A stretch of DNA of 63,617 bases from a virus (lineage: Duplodnaviria > Caudoviricetes): positions 1 through 63,617 of IMG/VR virus record IMGVR_UViG_3300031576_000041, one strand, 5' to 3'. The notes beneath the pieces are model-generated. The model did no database searches and was not told the DNA's origin. It saw nothing but the letters and a program-made list of their open reading frames with translations. Position 1 is the first letter of the stretch. Every line of letters begins with the position of its first letter. Position numbers and translations under genes: made by a program. Below, in pieces: positions 40,417 through 49,678 of this stretch.

Positions 40417-40584
40417 GTGGGTAAACGAAAGAATCCAGCCGCCGTCGCCTTGGGGCGTAGGGGTGGCCAAAAAGGCGGCGCAGCACGGGCCGCCAAGATG
40501 ACGCCGGAGCAACGTAGTGAAAGTGCCAGAAAGGCCGTCAGCGCCAGATGGGCTAGAATCAGAGCGCAAAAGGCGGTAGACTGA
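40417..40584 (+). CDS. Small basic protein (KNPAAVALGR.GG.KGG.ARA type, 55 aa)
   Basis: AGGAG then GTG; not in the ORF track. Confidence 0.8.
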   Translation: MGKRKNPAAVALGRRGGQKGGAARAAKMTPEQRSESARKAVSARWARIRAQKAVD

Positions 40585-40587
40585 GTT

Positions 40588-40663
40588 TGGTACCCCCGGC
40601 CCGACTTGAACGGGCATCCCGAGCTTAGTAGGCAGGTGCTCTATCCGGTTGAGCTACGGGGGC
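40588..40663 (-). tRNA. Atypical or pseudo tRNA: Arg-like body with ACU anticodon
   Basis: GCCCCCG/CGGGGGT acceptor, GGATA D-loop, CTACTAA loop, two anticodon-stem mismatches, GTTCAAGT, ACCA. Confidence 0.7.
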
Positions 40664-40729
40664 CAAAACGCCGGGGGGCGCATCTAGGCATGCGCTCTCC
40701 GGTACCTTCCTGGTTTTGTTGTCCCACAG

Positions 40730-41218
40730 CTAGAAGGGTACGTCATCGTCACCGATTTCCTCTACGGCCTCCTTTTCGTGTTCATCAACAAGCCCGAAAG
40801 TCGCAGGCGGCTCTTCTGTTGTGGCTTCCTGATGATTCTGGTTGAGTTCGATTAGACCGAACGTGTTCGGGGCAGGCCGCGTGAATACTTCCTCATTCCT
40901 GACGTATCCTGCCAGGCTGCCAGTGAGGGCCAAGCGGTTTTTCTTGTCCGCTGTCCGGCCCATGGCTTTGAGAATCTCCGTAATATGCAGCGGCTTCCCC
41001 GCCGCCTTGATGGCATCCCTAGCTTGAGCAATCGCCGTTCCGGGCCGGAGAGTACGTTCCGGACTGGCTGCCGATGCATCTTTCGGAAGCAGCCGAATGG
41101 TATCTTGCAGCCCCTGCATGTAGGCGTTCGCCTCCCGAATTTTCAGGTTAAGCTCGACGACCTCTTGTTGCTTTCTTTCAATTCTCTTCTGGAGTTCTTC
41201 ACGCAAGCCCATTGGCAC
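40730..41218 (-). CDS. Coiled-coil plus HARE-HTH-like winged-helix protein
   Basis: AGKPLHITEIL...F.RPAPNTFGL.E. Confidence 0.7.
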   Translation of the reverse strand: MPMGLREELQKRIERKQQEVVELNLKIREANAYMQGLQDTIRLLPKDASAASPERTLRPGTAIAQARDAIKAAGKPLHITEILKAMGRTADKKNRLALTGSLAGYVRNEEVFTRPAPNTFGLIELNQNHQEATTEEPPATFGLVDEHEKEAVEEIGDDDVPF

Positions 41219-41373
41219 TTTTCCTCACGGAATCACTATAGCATGGGAGTAGAGGAAAGGCAAAACTGATTGCCGAGTATGGTGGACTAGTTAAACCATC
41301 TGTGGAAAAACCTGTGGAAATCTATCCTTTCCAAGCACTTAACAGATGTGGTACCATTCAGGAAGGAGCTTGT

Positions 41374-41637
41374 ATGGAAAACAGCGTTTCGTATGACGAA
41401 TTTGTCGTCGGACTGGAAAATCGCAAGAAGACTGCACCAAACGGGGCCGAGTACTGGCTGGGGCGCGATATCCAACGCGCCCTTGGGTACGCTAGGTGGG
41501 AGAGCTTTCGGGACGTGATAGAGAAGGCCCAAATGGCCTGCGAGAGCGCGGGCGTGGCTGCTGACAACCAATTTCGTCAAACGGCGAAGATGGTTGACAT
41601 CGGAAGTGGAGCGCAACGGCAGATGGAGGAAAAGTGA
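41374..41637 (+). pseudogene. Truncated DinD/Bro-N-like protein
   Basis: EYW.GRDIQ.ALGY..W..F..VIEKA..AC...KMV.IGSGAQR, then an abrupt stop. Confidence 0.7.
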
Positions 41638-41771
41638 CGGGGCATCGTAAACATCTCCACGCTATGACCCCACTACCAGGCGGGCCGCCAAAAGAGAAGA
41701 TTGGGGACCAGGGCGAAATCCCGTTTTGATCCGTCAACGCACCTTTCAGACACTGCCAGCACGACCGGCGG

Positions 41772-43112
41772 TCAGATTGGGGGTGCGCCGGCCATCAAGC
41801 CAGCTTTCGGGCGGATGCCGAACTTCTGCCAAGCGAAGTACCCCAACGCGTCCGAGAGATGGGTTAGCTTGAAGTTCCCTTTGTCTATATCGCCGTAGGC
41901 GTTCCCGCTGGCATCCGTTTTCCAGGAAACCTGACGGAAATCTGTCATTAACCCTGCGCAGGACTGATCCACGAAGAGACGTCTGGACCCGTTGTACGCC
42001 TTCAGGAGGGCGTTCATGGAATTCACCCGGTCCTTGACGGGTGGGTTGGCGGGGGGGACGTGGTACGTAGGGGCGTAGTTGGGGTGCTGGCCGAGAACCT
42101 GGCGCACCTGTACCCAGTCGGTTACCCCCGTCGCCCCCTGACGCGCACCGCCGCTGGCGTCGCCGTATACCTCGACGTGGAGCTTGCGGCCGGCCCGTGT
42201 CCACTGATTGGTGTAGTTCAGGAACGCATCACATGCCTGCGTCGTGCTGGCGTCTGGCAGAACAAGCTCGTGGAGAATCTGGACTTCTCCGCGGTCGTCG
42301 TATTGCCCGATGATGCTGCTCTCACGGATGACGTTGAAGTCCATCGCCCAAAAGAGCGGGCGAGTCGGGTCGTACCCCCCCTCCCGGATATTCTCGTCCC
42401 CGAAACAGTAGTAGACCTGCCCGCTGAACACGTTAAGGTAAAGACCAAGCGCCTCCTGTTGGTAGAACTTCTCATCGTAGCTGCTCTTCAGCTTCTCATA
42501 GAAGTCCGGTGTGCTCTTCAGGATAGCGGTGTTCTCGAATGGTTGCGCGATGACAGCTTCGTGGTCCGGTAGCCGGCGGGCCGGGTCCACAAATCTGCTG
42601 TACACCCAATCAAACCCCTTTGGGGTCCATGCACCGAAGCCGCACAGCAGAGTGGCCTTCGGGTGCCGCAGACGGCCGTCGAGACGCTTCAGGGATTCCT
42701 CTTTGCAGTACGTCATCTCGTCGACCCCGAACCAGGCCAAGTTTGGACCGCGGAGGCGTTCCGGGTTCTCCATCGTGCGGAGTAATATCGTGCTCCCGAT
42801 TTGTGTCAGCTTGATGTGGGAGTTTTTGATGTGGAGATACGGAATTTGAAATTGATTTAGTTGCGCCAGAATTTCTGGTACATCGACATCGTATAGCATG
42901 CGGTATGTCGGGGCGGCAATCAAGCCAACCAAACCAGGATTCACGGTCGATAGCCGGATGGATTCGTGCGCAAGGGCCACCGTCTTCCCGCTTCCGAGCG
43001 GGCCGGAGAACCCCTTATACCGGGCGGTGCTCCTCCAGAATCGAAGCTGACTGGGGTATCCGTCCCCGCCATCAGGACTCCGATATTTGATTGTTCTTAC
43101 GCGCCGGAGCAT
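41772..43112 (-). CDS. terL: Terminase large subunit
   Basis: GPLGSGKT, LRGPNL.WFGVDE, TPKG, MDFN, YGDASG, HLSDALGY. Confidence 0.95.
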   Translation of the reverse strand: MLRRVRTIKYRSPDGGDGYPSQLRFWRSTARYKGFSGPLGSGKTVALAHESIRLSTVNPGLVGLIAAPTYRMLYDVDVPEILAQLNQFQIPYLHIKNSHIKLTQIGSTILLRTMENPERLRGPNLAWFGVDEMTYCKEESLKRLDGRLRHPKATLLCGFGAWTPKGFDWVYSRFVDPARRLPDHEAVIAQPFENTAILKSTPDFYEKLKSSYDEKFYQQEALGLYLNVFSGQVYYCFGDENIREGGYDPTRPLFWAMDFNVIRESSIIGQYDDRGEVQILHELVLPDASTTQACDAFLNYTNQWTRAGRKLHVEVYGDASGGARQGATGVTDWVQVRQVLGQHPNYAPTYHVPPANPPVKDRVNSMNALLKAYNGSRRLFVDQSCAGLMTDFRQVSWKTDASGNAYGDIDKGNFKLTHLSDALGYFAWQKFGIRPKAGLMAGAPPI

Positions 43113-43132
43113 GAGGCCTTCGCGCAGCGCCT

Positions 43133-43429
43133 TCAGAGCAGTGCTGTTGCGGGAAGTGGCCCGCCGCCCTCAATCTGTGCCTCCTTCACCGCCGCCCGAC
43201 TTCGCCTGCTCCACGAACCTTCCGTTAGCACGCCTGCCGCGCGCGCAGCGTGCAGCCACAGATGGCAGACCTGGAAGGCTGCGTACAGAAAATCGTCGCG
43301 ACGCTGTGCCGGCATTGAGAACTTCTCAAGCGGCGGAAACTGGCAGCGCATTTCACGGATGAGCGCCCTGTACGCCGCACGCTGCGCGCCGCTCACTAGC
43401 TCATCGTCACTCGGTTTTTTTAGTTTCAT
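43133..43429 (-). CDS. Hypothetical protein
   Basis: Between terS and terL. Confidence 0.45.
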   Translation of the reverse strand: MKLKKPSDDELVSGAQRAAYRALIREMRCQFPPLEKFSMPAQRRDDFLYAAFQVCHLWLHAARAAGVLTEGSWSRRSRAAVKEAQIEGGGPLPATALL

Positions 43430-43994
43430 CTGTGTACTCGAATCGGTACTCAATACCCTTATCGTCAGCCCCGGCCTGTTCCGACACTTCTTTGAACGCC
43501 TGGATGCTCCTCAAAAGCATGAGCGCCGCATCGCGGATTGCGAACTTGCCGGGCTTGATGATGTTGGTGATCTTCCCGTTCTCCTCCGTCGTCGTGATCT
43601 GGGCCAGCGGGAAGTCGAGCATCTGGTTAGCTTTCTCCAGGGCCTTGTTCCTGAACCGGAAAACAGCCAGCTTGAAGTCCCGTTGCTCCTCGTCAAGCAT
43701 CCCCTGCTCAACCCTGGCCGCCTCTTCCATCTGGCGAACGCGAATGCGCTCCAGGTTGTTGTCCCACTCTCGCGCCCGGTCCTTCCATCTGTTCGCCGCC
43801 GACCAGTTGAAGATGGTGCTACGAGCGGAACGTGGCGGGTTCGCCTCTTGACCATAAAACTTGATGGAAGCCGCCAGAAGGCTCCTGTATTCGGGGGCCA
43901 ACTCCATATAGACGCGGAAGGCCCTGTACTGTTTGGCTGTTTCCCCCGGCTGGCGCTCCCATGGATTGGTGGTTTCTGGAGCCAGTTCTGGCAC
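43407..43994 (-). CDS. Terminase small subunit-like protein
   Basis: PWERQPGET.K.Y.AF..Y...WS...W..RA..WD; upstream of terL. Confidence 0.7.
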   Translation of the reverse strand: MPELAPETTNPWERQPGETAKQYRAFRVYMELAPEYRSLLAASIKFYGQEANPPRSARSTIFNWSAANRWKDRAREWDNNLERIRVRQMEEAARVEQGMLDEEQRDFKLAVFRFRNKALEKANQMLDFPLAQITTTEENGKITNIIKPGKFAIRDAALMLLRSIQAFKEVSEQAGADDKGIEYRFEYTDETKKTE

Positions 43995-44000
43995 AAGTGC

Positions 44001-44252
44001 TTACGTGACAGTGACTTTGCCGTTGTAGGGTGGAAGGTCAATCAGCGCCTCTGCGGCCCGAAGCATCTTCTTGGCCAGCCTCAGCGCACAGAGGCGAACG
44101 ACGACTTCCTCGACCTCCAACCTTTTCACCACCGATTGACGACGCTTTTTACGTGTTCTGGTCACCGACAAGTCTCCTTGGCCCATTATGACACCAAACC
44201 GGCTCGGGGGGTGTAGCTGAACATAGGGAAGCCCGGGCCGATGCGCGATCAA
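44001..44252 (-). CDS. Hypothetical protein (start uncertain)
   Basis: Basic ORF directly upstream of terS. Confidence 0.35.
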   Translation of the reverse strand: MIAHRPGLPYVQLHPPSRFGVIMGQGDLSVTRTRKKRRQSVVKRLEVEEVVVRLCALRLAKKMLRAAEALIDLPPYNGKVTVT

Positions 44253-44981
44253 CCCGAAGGGATCGTGCCGTTTTGCCCCTTTGGATTTGACGCACGTCGC
44301 CGCCGGTCTCGCCTCGCCATCTTCATCGCCGTGCCAGAAGCTTGGCCCCTGCCGCGGTCATGGTTTTGCCAAAGAAATGGCACCGCAAGAGGCACAGTAA
44401 CCGCTGTACTCTGGACGGTCAGTGGCCAGCTTTGTGGTGTACACCCATATCAGGTGTCTCGCCGCAGCAAGCTTCAACATCGCGGCGTGGCAATTGCCTT
44501 CCGCAGGCTGACCACCTCGGTGATCACGCCGCATTTCACTTCTTTTTTCGCGCATGGACATGTTTTTTTTAAGCCCGGCCCCCGGCTTCCCCGATACCGA
44601 GAGGCCGGGATCTTTCTTTTTGGGAAGCCGTCTTTCCTTTCTGGGCTGTCGGGGCCAACCCCTGAATTTTACTGCAACCTATATTTCGTCCATGGCTTCG
44701 AGAAACTTTACTCTACCACAATCATTCTCTGTTTGCTTGCAACACCAGAAAACGACAGGGAACGCAAACTGCCCTGAGGGTTTTTCCAGCTTCCTGGGTT
44801 GACATTATTATGGTTTCCGTAAGATCATGGAACCAAGAATGCGCTCGCGCACAAAACTTCCCATACCAGCCCCGGTTGGCTCAGAGTTCGAGAACTTCGA
44901 CCGGCTCATGGCTGCTGTTCCGGCGGTGCCACGCTAAAGTCCTGTCTGGAGATGGACGAACTGAGATGAGGGCGAAACCAA

Positions 44982-45293
44982 ATGCCCTGTGATACGATTC
45001 AAACGAACACCGTCGACCTGAGCGCATCGGATCACGGCCTTCTAAGGCTGGCGCTCGAAGCCCTGGGGTACGATGTTCAATCTCATCTAAACGGGGCCAG
45101 CCTGCTCTTCTACCGACGCGGCAGTTACGTTGGGGTCCACGAGGCCGGAAAGCTGGAGGTGGTCCAGGGGGCCGACATCGATGCCATCAAGCGTGCCTAC
45201 TCGACCCAGGTCCTGAAGGCCGGTGCCGCCCGGTTCGGCTGGCGGCTGCAACAGAAGGATGATACCAGATTCGCCATCGCGAGGAGGGCGTGA
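44982..45293 (+). CDS. DUF1257/Ycf35-like protein
   Basis: D..LL..AL..LGY...Y...V.K..A...GW. Confidence 0.6.
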   Translation: MPCDTIQTNTVDLSASDHGLLRLALEALGYDVQSHLNGASLLFYRRGSYVGVHEAGKLEVVQGADIDAIKRAYSTQVLKAGAARFGWRLQQKDDTRFAIARRA

Positions 45294-45490
45294 TGAACGA
45301 CAACATCGAAATCACGATCCTGCCGGACGGCACACTGAAGATCGAGACCGACAAGGTGTCGATGCCGAACCACAAGAACGCCGAGGAGCTTCTTCAGTGG
45401 TTCGCCCGGATGACAGGCGGGGAGTCGAAGCGGGTCCGTAAACCGCACGCCCACGCCAACGTTCACCAACACGAGGAGGCGCATCAATGA
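45290..45490 (+). CDS. DUF2997-like small protein
   Basis: IEITILPDGTLKIET. Confidence 0.6.
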   Translation: MMNDNIEITILPDGTLKIETDKVSMPNHKNAEELLQWFARMTGGESKRVRKPHAHANVHQHEEAHQ

Positions 45491-45656
45491 GCCAGTGGTG
45501 TGATGACCACACGCCCCCGTCGCGCCTGGAAACGGTGCTGACCACAGTAGCGGTCATCGGACTCGCCCTGCTTTTCTGGTTCCCGTGGGGGCGATTATGA
45601 AAACAGGCCCCACTATCATCAGCTTAGATTGGGACTTCTTCGTCGAGGAGGACCCA

Positions 45657-45685
45657 AGTATGCCAGAAACGGGTGGGTGTGTCAA
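45657..45685 (-). promoter_or_regulatory. Antisense sigma70-like promoter
   Basis: TTGACA-17-CATACT on the - strand. Confidence 0.45.
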
Positions 45686-45718
45686 GTAAATTGTTACTCA
45701 AGTTTGAAAGGAGCAACC

Positions 45719-46723
45719 ATGCAAGCACAGGTAGCTGAAGCAACGGGCGCGCCCCCGGCGCCCCCGTTCAACGGCGGGCAGGCCCCTGCGCCACGCCCCC
45801 CTATCAACATTTTCGACAAAGCGGTTTGCCTTGCCGTCACCTATTCGGGCATCGGGAATCGGCGCAAGGTCTCCACCGCAACCATCGAAGTTGATGCCGA
45901 CAAGTCCATGATCGCCGTGAGCAAAATCCTTCTGGATAGCAAGGAGCTTCAGGCGATCCACCTACTGGACGCCAGGGTCCGTATCTACCTCCACGGTATC
46001 TGCCTTCCGAGCCTGTTCCGAAATGGCGTCTTTCTCCTACCCGTGGAACTCGTCGAGGAGGTGGAGGGCCGACTCAAGGATTTCGAGGTTGAGCGGAAAA
46101 ATCTGGTCGATGACCTCGTCCGGGCCATTCCGCAGCGCGTCGGCGAGGCGGCCGCCCGGCTCCGCGGCCAGTTCAACGAGGATGACTACCCCGGCGTCGA
46201 GCGGGTGAGCGAGACCCAGTTCCGCGTGGCGGATGCATCGAAGATACGGAACGAGTTTGATCTGTCCTGGCAGTACGTCGCCTTCAGCGTGCCAGGCAAG
46301 CTGAAGCAAATCAACGCCTCCATCTTCGAGTCTGAGCGCAAGAAGGCGGAGCAGAAGTGGGCCGAGGCTACCATCGCCATTGAGCAGATGCTTCGCACGA
46401 GCATGTCATCCCTCGTGGACCACCTGGTAGACAGGCTTAGCGCCAGTCCCGATGGGAAGAGGAAGAGGTTCCACGCGACGGCCATCACCAACCTGCAGGA
46501 ATTCCTCGGTACGTTCCGGGCCCGCAACATAACGGAGGACAAGGAATTGTCAGACCTGGTCGAGAGGGCGCAGCAATTGATCGACGGCGTGGACCCCGCT
46601 CTCCTTCGTACCAACGAGGGACTCCGTGACGTCATCCGCTCTGGTTTCGAGCAGATCAGGGGCAAACTGGATACAATGGTGGTCGACCAGCCGGACCGCA
46701 TGATCACTTTTGACGACGAATAG
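45719..46723 (+). CDS. DUF3150-like protein
   Basis: AAGGAG RBS; SKILL...G.FLLP...DYP...F...NIT.D..L. Confidence 0.6.
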   Translation: MQAQVAEATGAPPAPPFNGGQAPAPRPPINIFDKAVCLAVTYSGIGNRRKVSTATIEVDADKSMIAVSKILLDSKELQAIHLLDARVRIYLHGICLPSLFRNGVFLLPVELVEEVEGRLKDFEVERKNLVDDLVRAIPQRVGEAAARLRGQFNEDDYPGVERVSETQFRVADASKIRNEFDLSWQYVAFSVPGKLKQINASIFESERKKAEQKWAEATIAIEQMLRTSMSSLVDHLVDRLSASPDGKRKRFHATAITNLQEFLGTFRARNITEDKELSDLVERAQQLIDGVDPALLRTNEGLRDVIRSGFEQIRGKLDTMVVDQPDRMITFDDE

Positions 46724-46759
46724 GGTGGGGGGCCGCCAGCACCAAGGCGAGGAACCGTC

Positions 46760-46978
46760 TTGCACGTAACTTGTCCCAATTGCCATACGGAGTTTCCGTC
46801 CTCTGAGATCCCCGATGCCGTCCTGCTGTCAGAGCGTGGCCGGCGCAACTCGATGAGGCGAAAAGTACGCTCTGGCGCTCCCGCGGGCCGAAGGCGCAAG
46901 CGTTGCCGTGGATGCAAGAAGCTTTTTGGACAAACCTACTTTTCACGCCACAGGTGCGAAGGTGTAATTGACGATTAA
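46760..46978 (+). CDS. Small Zn-finger protein
   Basis: CPNC and CRGC...HRC. Confidence 0.5.
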   Translation: MHVTCPNCHTEFPSSEIPDAVLLSERGRRNSMRRKVRSGAPAGRRRKRCRGCKKLFGQTYFSRHRCEGVIDD

Positions 46979-46987
46979 CATTAAGCC

Positions 46988-47017
46988 TTGACACACATCG
47001 CTTGTTGGGAGTAATAT
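46988..47017 (+). promoter_or_regulatory. Sigma70-type promoter
   Basis: TTGACA-18-TAATAT. Confidence 0.5.
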
Positions 47018-47043
47018 ACTCCTAGGTGTAGGAAAAAGAAACA

Positions 47044-47259
47044 GTGACACTTAGGACGATTACGATGCACGCGCGTATCCTACAAACGATTGACGCGCGC
47101 CGGGTAAGGGAAGGGTGCCCGGACATTGGGGCGGCGGTCGAGGCACAAATTCTCGCTCTCCACATCGATGGATTGGAGGAGGAGGTGGAAAAGCACGGAA
47201 ACAATTGGGACGACGCGCTGGGCCTCATCACAGGACGTCTTTACGGGAGGCTCCGATGA
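47044..47259 (+). CDS. Hypothetical protein
   Basis: ATGA coupling to the AAA gene. Confidence 0.45.
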   Translation: MTLRTITMHARILQTIDARRVREGCPDIGAAVEAQILALHIDGLEEEVEKHGNNWDDALGLITGRLYGRLR

Positions 47260-48752
47260 TGAACATGCTCCAGCAATTCAAGGCGGCGCGCCGAGTCAGT
47301 ACCCCACTCCTGGCAGTCCAGACGCCCGACCCGGCGGCGACCATTCGGACGATTATGGGAAGCCTCAACGGCGACGTCACCCCCGTGCTGGCCTGGGATA
47401 TCGTCCAAGCGCTCCATGCGCGCAATGAGCCAGGGCAGGCCGTCCTGGACAAACTCCTGGGGGGTGGTGACCCGGCATTGACCACCGGCAACCCGACCGA
47501 GATGCTTAGTCTGCTCAAGGGCCTACCGGGAGCGACGCGCGGAAAACCTGGCGCTGTGGTGTTCATGCACAGCGCGAACAGATTCATCCAGGAGACCAGC
47601 GTAGCGCAGGCGGTCTGGAATCTTCGGGACCGATTCAAGATGGATCAGCGAACGCTGGTTATGCTCGGGCCGTCGTTCTCGTTCCCGACAGAAATCACGC
47701 AGGACGTGACGATCCTCGATGAACTCCTGCCGGACGCTGCGGAACTTGTGGAAATCGTCCAACGGTGCTTCAAATCGGCCGGCAAGGACAACGTCGATCC
47801 GCAGGTCCAGGAGCGCGCCGTCGATGCCCTGTTGGGCCTCGCAGCATTCCCGGCTGAGCAAGTCACCGCGATGAGCATGACGTCCCAGGGCCTTGACCTG
47901 GCTGGAGTTTGGGACCGGAAACGGCAGATGATCAACCAGACCCCGAGCCTTTCTGTCTGGCGCGGCGGGGAGTCATTCGCCAGCATCGGTGGCTGCCAGA
48001 ACGTCAAGGAGTTCCTGCGCCGCGTGATGTTCGGTATGGAACGACCACGGTCCATCGTTTTCATCGATGAAATCGAGAAGGTCCTGGCCGGCACCGGCGA
48101 CACATCTGGAACCAGCCAGGCCATCCTTGGGTACCTGCTCACGTGGATGCAGGACAACAACGCCACGGGGGCGATCTTCATCGGACCGCCCGGTGCGGCC
48201 AAGTCCGCCGTCAGCAAGGCCGCCGGGAACGAGGCCGGAATCCCCACCATCGCTCTGGACTTGAGCGGGGTCAAGAACAGCCTGGTCGGGGAGACGGAGG
48301 GCCGGATGAGGAACGCCCTCAAGGTCATCCAGGCCGTCTCACAGAACCGCGCCTTCTTCATCGCCACCTGTAATTCCATCGGGGTTCTACCGCCCGAGCT
48401 TCGAAGGCGTTTCACCTACGGGACGTTTTTCTTTGATCTGCCAACCGCTGAAGAGCGCGAGGCCTGCTGGAATATTTACTGCAAGACGTACAGCGTGGGC
48501 GGGGATATACCGGACGACGAGGGCTGGACGGGTGCGGAGGTTCGGCAGTGCGCGATGCTCGCCCGGCAATTGTCATGCTCTCTCCAGGAGGCGGCGAAGT
48601 ACATCGTTCCCGTCTCTGTCAGCGCATCTGAGCAGATCGACCGGCTCCGGCAACAGGCATCTGGCCGGTTCCTGTCGGCCAGCAACCCTGGCATCTACCG
48701 CGCGGCCAAGCCTGCCACAGTGGGTTCGGGCGAAGCCCGCGCATTCGCATAG
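47256..48752 (+). CDS. Ycf46-like AAA+ ATPase with rearranged Walker motifs
   Basis: IVFIDEIEK precedes GPPGAAKS; SLVGETE, IATCN, LPPELRRRF, FFDLP..ER. Confidence 0.85.
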   Translation: MMNMLQQFKAARRVSTPLLAVQTPDPAATIRTIMGSLNGDVTPVLAWDIVQALHARNEPGQAVLDKLLGGGDPALTTGNPTEMLSLLKGLPGATRGKPGAVVFMHSANRFIQETSVAQAVWNLRDRFKMDQRTLVMLGPSFSFPTEITQDVTILDELLPDAAELVEIVQRCFKSAGKDNVDPQVQERAVDALLGLAAFPAEQVTAMSMTSQGLDLAGVWDRKRQMINQTPSLSVWRGGESFASIGGCQNVKEFLRRVMFGMERPRSIVFIDEIEKVLAGTGDTSGTSQAILGYLLTWMQDNNATGAIFIGPPGAAKSAVSKAAGNEAGIPTIALDLSGVKNSLVGETEGRMRNALKVIQAVSQNRAFFIATCNSIGVLPPELRRRFTYGTFFFDLPTAEEREACWNIYCKTYSVGGDIPDDEGWTGAEVRQCAMLARQLSCSLQEAAKYIVPVSVSASEQIDRLRQQASGRFLSASNPGIYRAAKPATVGSGEARAFA

Positions 48753-48774
48753 GGGGGGGGTGGGCTGCAAAAAA

Positions 48775-49500
48775 ATGGCCAAGGCCAATGACAGCCAGAT
48801 GATGGTCGAGAAGTACATGTCCAAGGTCGTCGCGATTGCCGAAAGTGTGTATGGGAATCTCCCGACTCGATTTGACCGGGAAGACCTAATACAAGAGGGA
48901 GCGTTGGGTCTCGTGGATGCCGCGGCAAAGTACGATTCAACCAAGAACGCGTCATTCGGTGCGTATGCCACGTACCGGGTCCGGGGGGCGATTCTGGACA
49001 GCTTGCGGCGGGGCGATTGGGTCTCGCGGACTTTGCGAAGGCAATCCAAACTGGCCGCCGCAAAGGAGCAGGATCTCGCAACAAGACTCGGCCGCAGCCC
49101 GACTGGATCTGAGATGGCACACGCGCTCGATGTCAGCCTGCGCACTTGGCAACGCATGTCGGCGCAGTTGTATGCCGCCGGCCTGGGGGAGAACTCGGCA
49201 GGGCACGGCGCGGAGGTCGACCAGCAGCCATCCACATACGATAGCCCAGAGCGTGCCTGCGCTAAGGCCGAACTCGCCAGTGCGCTGCTGTGTGCGATGC
49301 AGGGCCTGCGACCGCGATATCGGCGGGTGGTGGTCCTTCTGTACAGCCATGGGTGGACAATGAAGCAGATTGGGCGGGACCTCGGTGTCAACGAGAGCCG
49401 AACCAGCCAAATCCACAAGGCGGCCATACGAATCATGCGCGCCTCCATGCGCGACAGGGGGTTCACGAGCACGGCCCCTTTCCAGGAGGCCCTCGGGTGA
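48775..49500 (+). CDS. FliA/WhiG-family (sigma28-like) sigma factor
   Basis: DLIQEG.LGL.DA..KYD...F..YA..RVRGAILD.LR..DW; TMKQIG..LGVNESR.SQIH. Confidence 0.9.
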   Translation: MAKANDSQMMVEKYMSKVVAIAESVYGNLPTRFDREDLIQEGALGLVDAAAKYDSTKNASFGAYATYRVRGAILDSLRRGDWVSRTLRRQSKLAAAKEQDLATRLGRSPTGSEMAHALDVSLRTWQRMSAQLYAAGLGENSAGHGAEVDQQPSTYDSPERACAKAELASALLCAMQGLRPRYRRVVVLLYSHGWTMKQIGRDLGVNESRTSQIHKAAIRIMRASMRDRGFTSTAPFQEALG

Positions 49501-49678
49501 TTCAGGAGATGCGGAACTGTCCTTGTTGTCATCGCCGGATGCTCCCGCCAAAAGGCGGCGTAGAATCGCTCGATACTGCTTGCCAGAACACGGAATGCCG
49601 ATATACGTTTGACCGCACGGGAAAGGTTTCGGGCCGGTGGACGGAGGGATACGGCGAGTGGAAGAAGCGTGGAAAACC

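Noticed and set aside
48752-48760. Poly-G tracts (also ~4982 and ~50582) as phase-variation switches
   Set aside because: Intergenic or at gene ends, with no evidence of length variation from a single sequence
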